From positions 31,498,001 to 31,562,000 of the forward strand of contig NC_058368.1 of assembly GCF_018350175.1 (NCBI RefSeq): 64,000 nt of DNA. Reading direction: 5' to 3'. Of the stretch, positions 48,088 to 59,124 are shown piece after piece. The number at the start of each line of letters is the position of its first letter. Position 1 is the first letter of the stretch. The stretch is from Felis catus (lineage: Eukaryota). The notes beneath the pieces are model-generated. The model made no database searches. It saw only the letters and a list, made by a program, of their open reading frames with translations, and was not told the origin of the DNA. A program made the position numbers and the translations under genes.

Positions 48088-51043
48088 AAAATCAGCACAT
48101 TGTTATTGGCCCACAAAATTTCTCAATTAGGAATACCAATTACTGAAATCTGACCTTCCAAATATTTATTTTCTATTATAAAAGAACATAGCAAATATTT
48201 CAAGGGACCAAAAAAAGAGGAAAGTAAAATAAAAACATCAACAGTGTAATAATACGTAATTTCAAACATCATACATTTGTTATAAAATCATTTTTAATAA
48301 TCCTGACCATTGGCACTCCTGCTAAAATTTAGAAATATCTCATAGTCACCGTTCTTTAAATTGAAAATACAATGAGCTGAATATGAGATAATATAAAATG
48401 TTAAAAAAATTAATATACATGAATTTAAAAACTTAAAATTTCAGTTCTTACAAGTGTTTGTTTCTTGTTAACTTTTTGAGAATTGGTACTTGTACATATT
48501 ATAGTCTCCTTACCCTAATAATGGTAACTCCTGACAATACAACTCTGTTTTGGGGGACTCGTGGATGAGAAGGTAAGGCCATTTACCATTCTCTGGTTCA
48601 TTAGGGAAAACTGTAAGTTTCAACACTTAAGGAATGAAAACTGTGTTGGTTCTTTGTTATTTTACTTAACTCATTCATATTTTTCCCTGTTGAAAGGGCA
48701 GCTGAACCCATATTAGACTACTGTACTGCTGATAGTAACTGTAACTATAATGAGTATACTGCTTATTGTAACTAATGGATGTATACCTGCTATCTAAGAT
48801 GCCAGTCACCTGCCATTCTTTCTTCTGCCATATATTCTATTCCAGAAGTGTTTATTGGAGTTTTTTTTGTCTAAATAACTCAGTTATTGCAATCCTCTCC
48901 TTCCACACTTTCCATCAAAACTATCATTAAATGGTTATTGCTTTAACAGGAAGGTTATTAGTAACTTAATATGTTTTTAAGTGTAGCAGTGTCTTGTTTC
49001 TTTTGATTTTGTTAAAAAATTACTTCTTAGTGTTCTCACTACAAAGTTGCATAGATCTTCTCATCATATTTTTTCCTATAAGTTCTACTATTTTGTGTGC
49101 AATTTTCCACACCACAAGATTTTTAAACAACACACAGGTGATATTATAGAAGAAACAGCAATCTATGCCTCCAAAGAAAGCACTTTTAATAGATGGTCAT
49201 GATATTAGCAGTGAAGTATGAAACAGCAAGGTTACACTTTAATCTGTCTTTCCTGACAGAGTGCTTGCCAGTTTTTAAAGCCATGACAGCTTGCCATGAC
49301 TAGAACCCTAGGGGGCCTGCCCCTCATTGGGGAGATCAGTAGACAGCCACCAATATCATGGGACTCTTGGATCAACCTCAGAGAAGAAAATCAATATTTT
49401 GAGAAAGAGGAGGTAACCTGGGGAGTGATATTTGGCACTTTGCCTCATGGAGCATGTGTTACTTTGAAAAGGTACACAATTCACTGAGTGTCCTGCCAGT
49501 AGCAAAAGATAAGAGAGGCAATAAATGATAAATGAGATCATGCTAGCAAAATGTTTTAGAGTGATAAAATGTACAAAGGGCAGATAATAAATATGGATAA
49601 GAATAAAATAGTCATTTTATGGATGAGATATTGAACTCATTCTTAAGACTCTCATGAGCAAAAAAGAGATTTTCTTTGGAATAGTTGGGACAGTCTGACA
49701 ATCTTGCAAAAATGCATCAATTAACAAACCTAAAAGTAAATGAACTCTTCTAGAGCTGAAAGGGCTTAAGTGTGTAGTTTGATATCATCAGTAGGCTCCC
49801 AAGAGAGATTTTCTGTATGCAGATCTCACAAAACAATTTCAGAAGATTCACACTCATCCACTCACATCACTGACAAGTACAGTTCTCAAAGACGGTTTAA
49901 CAAGATAAGCTCTTCTCTTTCTTTGTGAAGTTTGAAACACTTTGCTTAGCTAAAAAGAGAACAGAAAGATCATCCATAGAGTTGTAAAGAACTAGTGAAT
50001 AGTTTCTTCTTGCTTAACCATACTTTTAAATCTCATATATGAGATCATGTTTCTATTTAATTGCTTCCTTAGGTAAATAAGTACCTGTCAATTTTGGTGG
50101 CTGTTCTCAGTATGACTGGAGCACCCCAGTGCTCTGACATATTCCTGTGTTTAGACAGAAGATTCAAAGTGAGCACTGGTAGAACAGATCTTACAAACAT
50201 GAAAAACAGAACTGAGTTACTTTAATTCTGTCATCGATGTGCAAATCATTTTCTAAGCTTTACAGAGGCTTTTCTTCACCTACTTCTTGCCTTTTCTTAG
50301 ACATTCCATTGTAGTAATTTAAATGCATTAATCTATTACTTTTTCTCTTTTTTTTTTATCTTAATGTACCGGGGTTAGAGATACAAATTTCATCTGAAGC
50401 AAGCTCAAATAATTCCAGCCTCTTACTGATTAATCCCCAAAATGAATGTGTGTACCTCTGTCCTCATGAGTCCGGTGAAGATTGTGTACACCTGGAGTTT
50501 TAGAAATTAACGTCAATATAAAAGTAATGTTTGAGAAAGGATAAGCAATAAATGTGCTAATTTTAACCACACACACGTATTATATAACATATTATATATA
50601 ACATTATATGATCATCTCTTAATATTGCCTACCCGCTGAGAAACTGCTTCCATTACAGCCCTTGGTACACCACTGTGGTCAAGAGACTTTTAAAATGTAC
50701 TTTAGGATGTTTGCCAATGGAAACGATCCAGTATGTAAGAGAAAAACTGATAGTCTAAGATAAGGAAGATTTAGAGGGTGACTTTCAGTAGGTAAAAGGG
50801 TTTGACATCTGGCTTTAGATAATTATTCTGAGGGTTAATCTATCTAGGAGTGAAAGCAAAGCATGTGGGTATATAGAAGAATAGTGCTGGGTAGATGTTA
50901 TTCTCTGGAAGCATCTTTAAAGTTGGTGAGGTTTTCCCATCAGTTACTCATAATACGAACCACCAATCTGCAAAACCAAAATGAGATCAAGTTTTATCTT
51001 TAGGGTATAATCCCCAACCCTTTTAATTTATCATAGGAAAAGA

Positions 51044-51285
51044 GAGCTAACATTTTGAGTGCCTACTCTAAGCCAGACATTGTGCAGAGGTGCAGAGTGA
51101 TTTACATGTGTTGTATCTTTTAACTCAGGACAACCCTGAGGTGTGATTATGTCACGTTTCATTTAAGGAAACTGAGGTTTAGAAAAATGAAGGCACTTAT
51201 CAGAGGCCATACTGTTAGGAAATGCAGATTCTGGCCTCCAAACCTGTTCTTTCTGACTCCGAAGCCAGTGTTATGCATACTTCAT
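51044..51285 (-). mobile_element. MIR, near full length
   Basis: GCTAACATTTTGAGTGCCTACT..GCCAGACATTGTG...AAGGAAACTGAGG...TCTGACTCCGAAGCC. Confidence 0.85.
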
Positions 51286-52689
51286 CATAATTGCTTTTTC
51301 CAATAAATGCATATTCATAATTTAATACTTTCACTTTCCTTGGGCTTGTGTGATAACCAACACAGAAACAAACCACTTGGCTGCTAACTGGGAAACTTTG
51401 TTATATTCTGGTATTTGTAACTAAAGTTTTGCGTTTTTTGGATAATATGAGCATAAAGTTAAATGAGGACAAAAGAAAAAAAAACAATAATAGTTTATTC
51501 AATTAATAAACCTCTAACAATTCTTTTTTATTTTGAGTCAGGAATGATTAGGAGTGTTATCAGTGCTAAGAAGACCTGCTGCTCAAATCTAATTAAGTTC
51601 AACAGCAAGAGGGGATTTTTGTTTATTTGTTTAGCAATTTTTGGTTCTTGTTCAGTGTACTGAGGAAAAGGACAATTATCTGCATTTGTAATTTTAAATA
51701 TATACATACTTCTTATATGTCTTCCATTCTAAGTAATCTTTTGACTTGGAAGTTTAAAAACAATAGAGGAATTAGAAATTTATGTAAGCCAATATATGGC
51801 CTATTTTTGTGAAATCAGAGATGCACGTGGAAGAAGAACTTACATTTCATAAAATTGCATAATGTTTTAGAATAAGCATTATTTGTATTTATGAAATGCC
51901 TTTCTTCCTATAATTCCCAGCATTGCAACTAGGATAACACTTTTTCCTTTGATGGATAGAACCTAACATTTTATTAGAAAATTATCCATCTTCTGTATTC
52001 ACAAGTTAATTAAAACTCAAGCAAGTTCATTTTTGCATTTTGTTTTTCTACTACTTAAGGATATATTGTTGCCTCCAAAATTTTGAACCTCATTGTGCAA
52101 AACTGCTTTACAAACCATAGGATAGATTATTAAATGAATTATAAAACTTCTCTCACCAAATTATATAATCCCTATATTTTTTGCAAGGTCTTCACTGTTT
52201 GTTACTTTGCAGGTAATATTTTGTGCTTTCTTATTTCAACATGCTGCTCAAAATATACACATTTTATACTAGTTAGCAAGATCAAATTATTTTATGACAG
52301 TAGGTAAGGTAAATCTCCATTAAGCAATGGTAATGAAGAAAAGTTATAGAGGTATAAGGATTGTTACTGGGGCCTGCAATGGAGGTTAATAAAATAGTGT
52401 TACCCTCCATCCACACATTCTCTTACCACTATCTGTTGATCCATGCAAATAGAGGAGAATCCTTCAAGCTTCTGGATAAATGAGCTGAAATAGTTCGATC
52501 CTGAGGATATTTTACAATTTTACCTCGCCATTTCATTAATGAGTGAACCTGTGTTATCTTGAAAGCTGTTCTTATAGGTATATTTTCAAAATCTCTCATT
52601 CTGTCTGATGAATTTTAAAGCATCCCCATTCTAAGATGCTGTGAGTATGCACATTGACCTGGTTTTAGCAATGTGTTCTTTAAATCCTA

Positions 52690-52920
52690 GTACTTTGGAA
52701 ATCCACCAGATACTTAGTAAAAACCTAACTTTGCTCACCAACGGTGAGACTCTGAACAAATTATTTAATCTCTTTGAGCTTCAAAGTTCTCTTTTTAAAA
52801 GGAAAATCATATTTGGCATATGTGAATATATATGAATATAAGAGGGATTAAGTCAAAGAGTGTAGGTAAAATTCTTAGCATAGATGCTAACACATAATGA
52901 GTGTGAAAATGACAATATTA
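52690..52920 (+). mobile_element. MIR
   Basis: CAAATTATTTAATCTCTTTGAGCTTCA...GTAAAATTCTTAGCATAG. Confidence 0.6.
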
Positions 52921-53329
52921 TTTAAAAATTCTTTTAGTGCAGTGGTAGATATGAATAAAAACCCAAATTATTCATTTTCTGATATAATATATATCACTGA
53001 AAACATATGAAAACATGTTAAGGTAGAAGACCATTTTGCTCCATTTTCTCAAATAAAAATATTTTATTCTACCTTAAATGTGTATACTCCAAACTGAAAC
53101 TTTATATTTTGTACAAAACAATTATTTTTCTTGTTAATTTATTTAATTTTAATTAGTAAATATAAATAGTTCTATGTTACACTAGATAATAACTTTTATT
53201 TTGAACTTACAAAACGCTTCACTTTCTGAAAATTATTAGCTCGAACATTTGCCTGTTTTGATTAAATACACATCAATGACTTCCCTCCCCACCCCCCACG
53301 TTCACAACCTGTGCATTCCTTTTACTTCA

Positions 53330-53835
53330 TTCTGCTCTAAAAACAAACCTTGACCTCAACCAGCAGTCTCAGATTGATAGGCTAACCCTGACATCTGACA
53401 GGAAGGACTTACATAACTATAACCCGGCTTTCATAAACTCAACATCAAACCTTTCCTGCTAACATTAGAGTCCATACACCACCCAGTGTCCCCATAACTA
53501 GACTTTGTTTATTCTGAAAACATGTTTACCTTTGAACTAGCATTTGGTAAGTTATTTTTTGCCTTAGTTCACAATGTCTAGCTCTCTGGCTACTCAGTGG
53601 CATACTCAGTGGCATCCTGGTCTTAAAACTTGGTGCTCTACTTGGTTCTCAGAAATCTCCTAAGAACTAAAATCTGTTACTGATTATCAGTCATGAGCCT
53701 GAGGACTTACTCCTGACACATCTCCCTCAATGTTACTTGCTACTTGGAAGCTAAATTGATTTGTCTTTTTGTACCCTGGGACTACTTGTCAGCTCTTGGG
53801 AACATACTTGCTGATGTGAGACCCTGACAAATATG
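53330..53835. mobile_element. Possible old ERV1 LTR remnant
   Basis: The composition shifts and motifs (ATTTGGTAAGTT, GAGACCCTGACA) are reminiscent of the MER31/67/92 group. The family is uncertain. Confidence 0.3.
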
Positions 53836-53861
53836 ATTCCAAACTTTCTTCATATTCTCTT

Positions 53862-54063
53862 AAATTTGTTTAATGTTTTATTTATTTTTGAGAGAGAGAG
53901 CATGAGTGGGGGAAGGACAGACAGAGAGGGGACAGAAGATCTGAAGTGGGCTATGTATGCACTGATAGCAGCAAGCCCAATGCAGGGCTCAAACTCATGA
54001 ACCATGAGATCATGACCTGAGCTGAGATCAGATGCTCAACCGACTGAGCCACACAGATGCCCC
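53862..54063 (-). mobile_element. Can-SINE
   Basis: Antisense SINE ending CTCAACCGACTGAGCCACACAGATGCCCC. Confidence 0.94.
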
Positions 54064-57000
54064 ATTTTTATTTTTTAAAACAAGCTAAGAGTAACGGAGA
54101 CTCCCCTTTCCGGTTCTTTTCTCTACCTTCCTACAAAGCCACATATGAACTTAGCTGTCCATGTTTCTCCTATCTCACTCTTTTTCATCCTTTTATGCTT
54201 ATCTAGATCTGTACCTGTGACTTTTTCTTTTCTAATTTGCTTTATGCAGTGTACACGATTAGACAGGTTAAACAATTTGTAGTCTCTTTTACACACTAAC
54301 ATTAGACATTTCTTTCATTGACCATATGCCACATGAATGTATAGTAGATACAATGCCTGCAAGGAATATAGGGATGGATAAGTGTCAGAAGAGAGATGCC
54401 CATACTAATTTGAGAACAGACAGAAGAAATTTCTCCCAACTGGGTTTGAGAGTGGGAGCTGAACAATGTGCTCTGTAAGAACAAACATGTGTTCTCGATT
54501 TTATTTGCACTCTATTCCAAGTTCTTTACAAAGGGTTGGGTAAAATTCTAGCTGAATAGTGAAAGAACAAGAGCTTTGTGGGAAAGGTGGATTTATTCTG
54601 GTACTGAAAGCCAGATTAAGTTTTTATTCACATAGGTTTATTCCATCTAGTGGATGGAATGATGTAAATGAGCAGAGAAAATACACCAGATATGTTCAGA
54701 ACATGGAGAAGTCTCGTGTGGCTTATTCAACTCTGTTTCCTGAAGAGTTTCAGAGACACAGCCAAGTTGAAGAGCTTTGGTTTAGTTTAAACATTAGGCC
54801 TAGAGATATCAATTTAGGAGCTACCATAGAGGTAAAATTTGAAGCAGAGATTGTTAATATTGCCTACTTGCGTAGGGCAGAGGAGAGAAAAGTCAAGGAA
54901 TAAACTCTGGTAAATATGTATATTTAGGTGATAGAAGAAATAAGGTCCTTAAAAAAATAGATACACAAACTCCTGGATCTAGTATCTTGAAGTCCCCTTC
55001 CTACATGAAGACACTGTGTTCAGGAGAGACTAAGGATTTTGATTGATGGATGTGATGACAGAATTTGAACTCCAAATGAAGAAGAAAAAGGGAGCAATTG
55101 TAAATTTAGGAAGAGAATCAGAATATTGCAATAAAAAAAGGGTGAATGAGGAGTAGAAAAAATAAACACATACCTCTTTGTAGACATTTAATGATAAAGG
55201 AAGGCAGATAATTCCAAGGCTTTTTTAAAATATCCTGTTAAATTGTGAAATAGCAATAATTCCTATTTTTCTTTGATTGATAACATGAAATATCCTTAAA
55301 AGAAATTGAAAAAAATAAATGTTTTAATTATAAAACAATGCATTTAAAGTCAAATACTACCTCTGCATACTGCCTCCTACCTTGATGTTCAATATTTCAA
55401 TTAGTCAAACCATTATAACTAAATCAATGAGTAGGCTTCAGGAATTATTGATTGAAAAAAGAAGCTAGTAGAAAATGTAGTTACAAGTAAAAAGGCTATC
55501 AAGAATATATCTTAACTTTGACATATGTTCTATTATAAAATTATATAATTAGAGGAGTTTTCAAGGCAAATTTCAGAAAGTGTTTTAAAAATAATTCTGT
55601 AAGATATAACAAAGCATTTTCTAAATGTTTTAATAAGAATGATATTATTTTATAATATTTATGGAGATTATTCAAGTATTACATACTCTTCAAAAAAGTC
55701 CAATGTGCTCCCTCTCAAAGACAAGTGAAAAAAAAAAAAACAAAAAAAAACCTTGGATTTTATAATCCACACCAGGATGGAGTTTCTAATGATGTCCAGA
55801 ATATTCAGAATATGTACTGTATATTCATTACATACTAGACATGGTGCTGGGGGATTTCACAAGTATAGTCTTATTAAAGCTTCATAACAACCCAGTGACA
55901 AGTATTTGTATTTTCTGTGTGAGAAAGCCCCGTTTAAATATTTGAGGTAGGACATAACCAGCAAGTGACCAAAAGGTTCAATCGGGGATGATGTCTCATA
56001 ATTGACATCTTGTCTCATTCACTAACACATGCAAGTATTTGTTTATTTGTTTGATCCTCATTCAATAAATATATACCATTCAATAAATGCTTATTAAGCA
56101 TCAATTGTGTGCCAGTAGGCACTGTCATGTTAGGTTATGAAATATATTCTGGTAATTCTTTAAGCTGATCAATCTGCACCTCCTGATTCTACAACTTTAC
56201 ATGATTACCTTTCTTGGCTAGGAAGTACTGATCAAGATTAAGCATTGTACCCAAGGATGGCACTGTTCCTTTCAATTCAGCTTGACAAATAACTATGTGT
56301 CAAGCAGATTTTTTTAGGTGCAATGCTTATAGAGGTGAGAGAATGTAACATTGTCTCTGTTCTTTTGTGATTAAAGTCTAGTGGGGAACACGGATGATAA
56401 ATAAGTAACTACTAGTGTGATGAGTGTTATGAAGGAAGAATTACAATGTGCAGTGGGAGAATCCGATCAGCCTCAAATGCTTTCCTACAGGAAACTTGAC
56501 AACAAGAGGACAATGGGAAGAAAATTTTTATAGAGATAACTGGTTTCGTTTTCAGGAGCAATATCTCTTGATTACTCTTTTAGGACATTAAATAGAAAAG
56601 CAATATTTTGCTATAGTCGTCACAACTGCTAAAATTTATTCTTCCAGTAATTCTACTTGTAACAAAATGCTGAGAACACAGAACACAGAATAGTCTCAAA
56701 AGAATATTCATTTCAGGTTAAGAAATTATCTATCTGAGCTTACATGGCATCTAGTAGCTCACAGTGTAACTTCTAAATTATAATACTAAAATACAGTTTT
56801 AAAAAGGATTAGAAAAGCTAAAAGTAATCACAAAAACAAATACAAAACATACAAAATATGTTGATATAAATATATAAATATATTTATATATATGTATAAA
56901 TATAAAATCTATTGACATGTCTGGGAAGAATTGAAATTAACTTCAAGACCTATGGAGAGGTAGATATTACAGCCATGTTGGGATTGACAGTCAGGCCTGG

Positions 57001-57099
57001 GTATGCAAAGATAACAAGGGACTTGGTATGTAAACTTACAGAGTTTAGAATTTATGGGTGAGAGAGACATTAATATAAACCACTGTACTAACGAATGAA

Positions 57100-57450
57100 A
57101 AATTACAATCCCAAAAACACAATTATGTGGTCAAATTTGTGTTAAAATGTGCTGTGTGCGTATTATAAATCTACACAACATGAAATTTAAAAAATGCACA
57201 AAACTATTATGAAATGCATTTATGTAAAATTTGTGTAATTAGGAAATAAACACACAAAAGTAGCACATAATACATAGTATAAAATTTTGGTTTTCTTTTT
57301 ATGTACACATAGGCATATCACAAAGAATGAAAGCTTAAAAAGAACACATATACTATTTATGAGCGGCAGAATTATGATGATTTCTAGGTTCTTCTTTCTT
57401 TTCTGCATACTCCAAAATACCTGCCATAAGGATGCATTACACTTATTCCA
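57100..57450 (+). mobile_element. L1ME/L1MC-like 3' end
   Basis: GAATTATGATGATTTC...TTTTCTGCATACTCCAAAAT...ATGCATTAC resembles old L1 3' termini. Confidence 0.45.
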
Positions 57451-57702
57451 AATTTAACAGAAACATTAAAGTAATATATATTAGTGAATCTGGGGGAAGA
57501 AGTTTTGCATGCAAAATGTTAAGGCATGATGGTTTAATTTGTTAACATGAAGGGCTTCTTTTTGTTGGCTGCTATTATGCAAGGCTATTGCAGTGCTGTC
57601 AATTTCTTTTTAATCTCTAGTTTTGGTATGCCTTTTGTATCTTTCAATGAGGGTATTGTTAGTACCTTATAAATGAAATAATACATTTAAGATGGCAAGC
57701 AC

Positions 57703-57920
57703 GGGGGTGCCTGGGTGGCTCAGTCGGTTGAGCGTCCGACTTCGGCTCAGGTCACGATCTCACTGTTCGTGAGTTCCAGCCCCGCGTCGGGCTCTGTGCT
57801 GACTGCTCAGAGCCTGGAGCCTGTTTCAGATCCTGTGTCTCCCTCTCTCTCTGACCCTCCCCCGTTCATGCTCTGTCTCTCCCTGTCTCAAAAATAAACA
57901 AAACGTTAAAAAAAAATTTT
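57703..57920 (+). mobile_element. Young felid SINEC_Fc
   Basis: CpG-rich. TSD AAGATGGC(A/G)AGCAC. Confidence 0.97.
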
Positions 57921-58019
57921 AAGATGGCGAGCACAATTCTTGATGCAATGTAGTAGTAGGTAAATTTCTCTTCCATCTACTTTCATTTTATTTATTTGGT
58001 TATTTGAAAAGAAATTTTT

Positions 58020-58240
58020 GGGGCGCCTGGGTGGCTCAGTCAGTTGAGTGTCCAGCTCTTGATTTTAGCTCAGGTCATGATCTCAGAGTTGTGGGATCCA
58101 GCCCCTTGTCAGACTCTGCACTGGGCATAGAGCCTGCTTGAGATTCTCTGTCCCTCTCCCTCTACCACACCCCCACTTGCACTCTTACACTCTAAAATGA
58201 AAAAGTAATAATAATAAAAATATAAATAAATAAAAATATA
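58020..58240 (+). mobile_element. Can-SINE (older subfamily)
   Basis: Head plus CTCTTGATTTTAGCTCAGGTCATG and A-rich tail. Confidence 0.94.
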
Positions 58241-58311
58241 AATTTCCATTTTGGAATTAATTTTAGATTTATAGAAAAGTTGCAAAAATAGTACACAATT
58301 TCCAGTTTCCC

Positions 58312-58531
58312 AAATTTTTTAACTTTTTAAAAAATATTTATTTATTTATTTTGGGCGAAGAGTGCAAGTGGAGGAGGGGCAGAGTGATGGAGACAAAAGA
58401 TCTAAAGTGGGATCTTCGTTGACAGACTTGACTGCTGGAGCGCGATACAGGGCTTCAACTCATGAACCACACGCAAGATCATGACGTGAGCTGAAGTCGG
58501 ATGCTCAATTGACCGAACCACCCGGGTGCCC
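58312..58531 (-). mobile_element. Can-SINE inserted in an L1MB8-like 3' fragment
   Basis: TSD CAGTTTCCC. The host reads TTTTAGATTTATAGAAAAGTTGCAAAAATAGTACA...CAGTTTCCCCATTATTAACATC. Confidence 0.92.
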
Positions 58532-58572
58532 TGCAGTTTCCCCATTATTAACATCAGGATATCATCTACCTT

Positions 58573-58757
58573 AGAGATAGCATGGCTCAGTTGGTTAAGC
58601 ATCCAACTCTTGATTTTGGTTCAGGTCATGTTCTCATAGTTTGTGGGATTGAGCCCCCGTCGGGCTCTGCACTGACAGAGCAGGGACTGCTTGGGATTCT
58701 CTCTCTCCCTGTCTCTCTGCTCCCCCCACCCCAAATAAGTAAACTTAAAAAAAAAAA
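58573..58757 (+). mobile_element. Can-SINE
   Basis: TSD GATATCA(T/G)CTACCTT. The first bases of the head are altered. Confidence 0.94.
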
Positions 58758-58916
58758 GATATCAGCTACCTTCACTTTACTTATTCAATCCCTACAAACC
58801 CTTGTTATCTTCAAAGAAATATCTTCTTACAAATACTTGAAATTCTTGCATATGAAAACTAATCCTGGTAACATTTTTCAAAATGTAAAGAAATATGATT
58901 TTAAAGTAGAATGATA

Positions 58917-59124
58917 GGGGCACCTGGGTAGCTCAGTCAGTTAAGCATCTGATTTTGGCTGAGGGCATGATTTCACTGTTCATGAGTTCAAGCCCCACAT
59001 CAGGCTTTCAGCTATCAGTGCAGAGCCAGCTTGGGGTCCTCAGTCTCCCTCTCTCTCTGTCCCTCCCCATTTGTAGTCTTTCTCTCAAAAGTAAAATAAA
59101 CATTAAAACAAACAAAAAAAACTC
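58917..59124 (+). mobile_element. Can-SINE
   Basis: TSD AAGT(A/G)GAATGATA. Confidence 0.94.
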
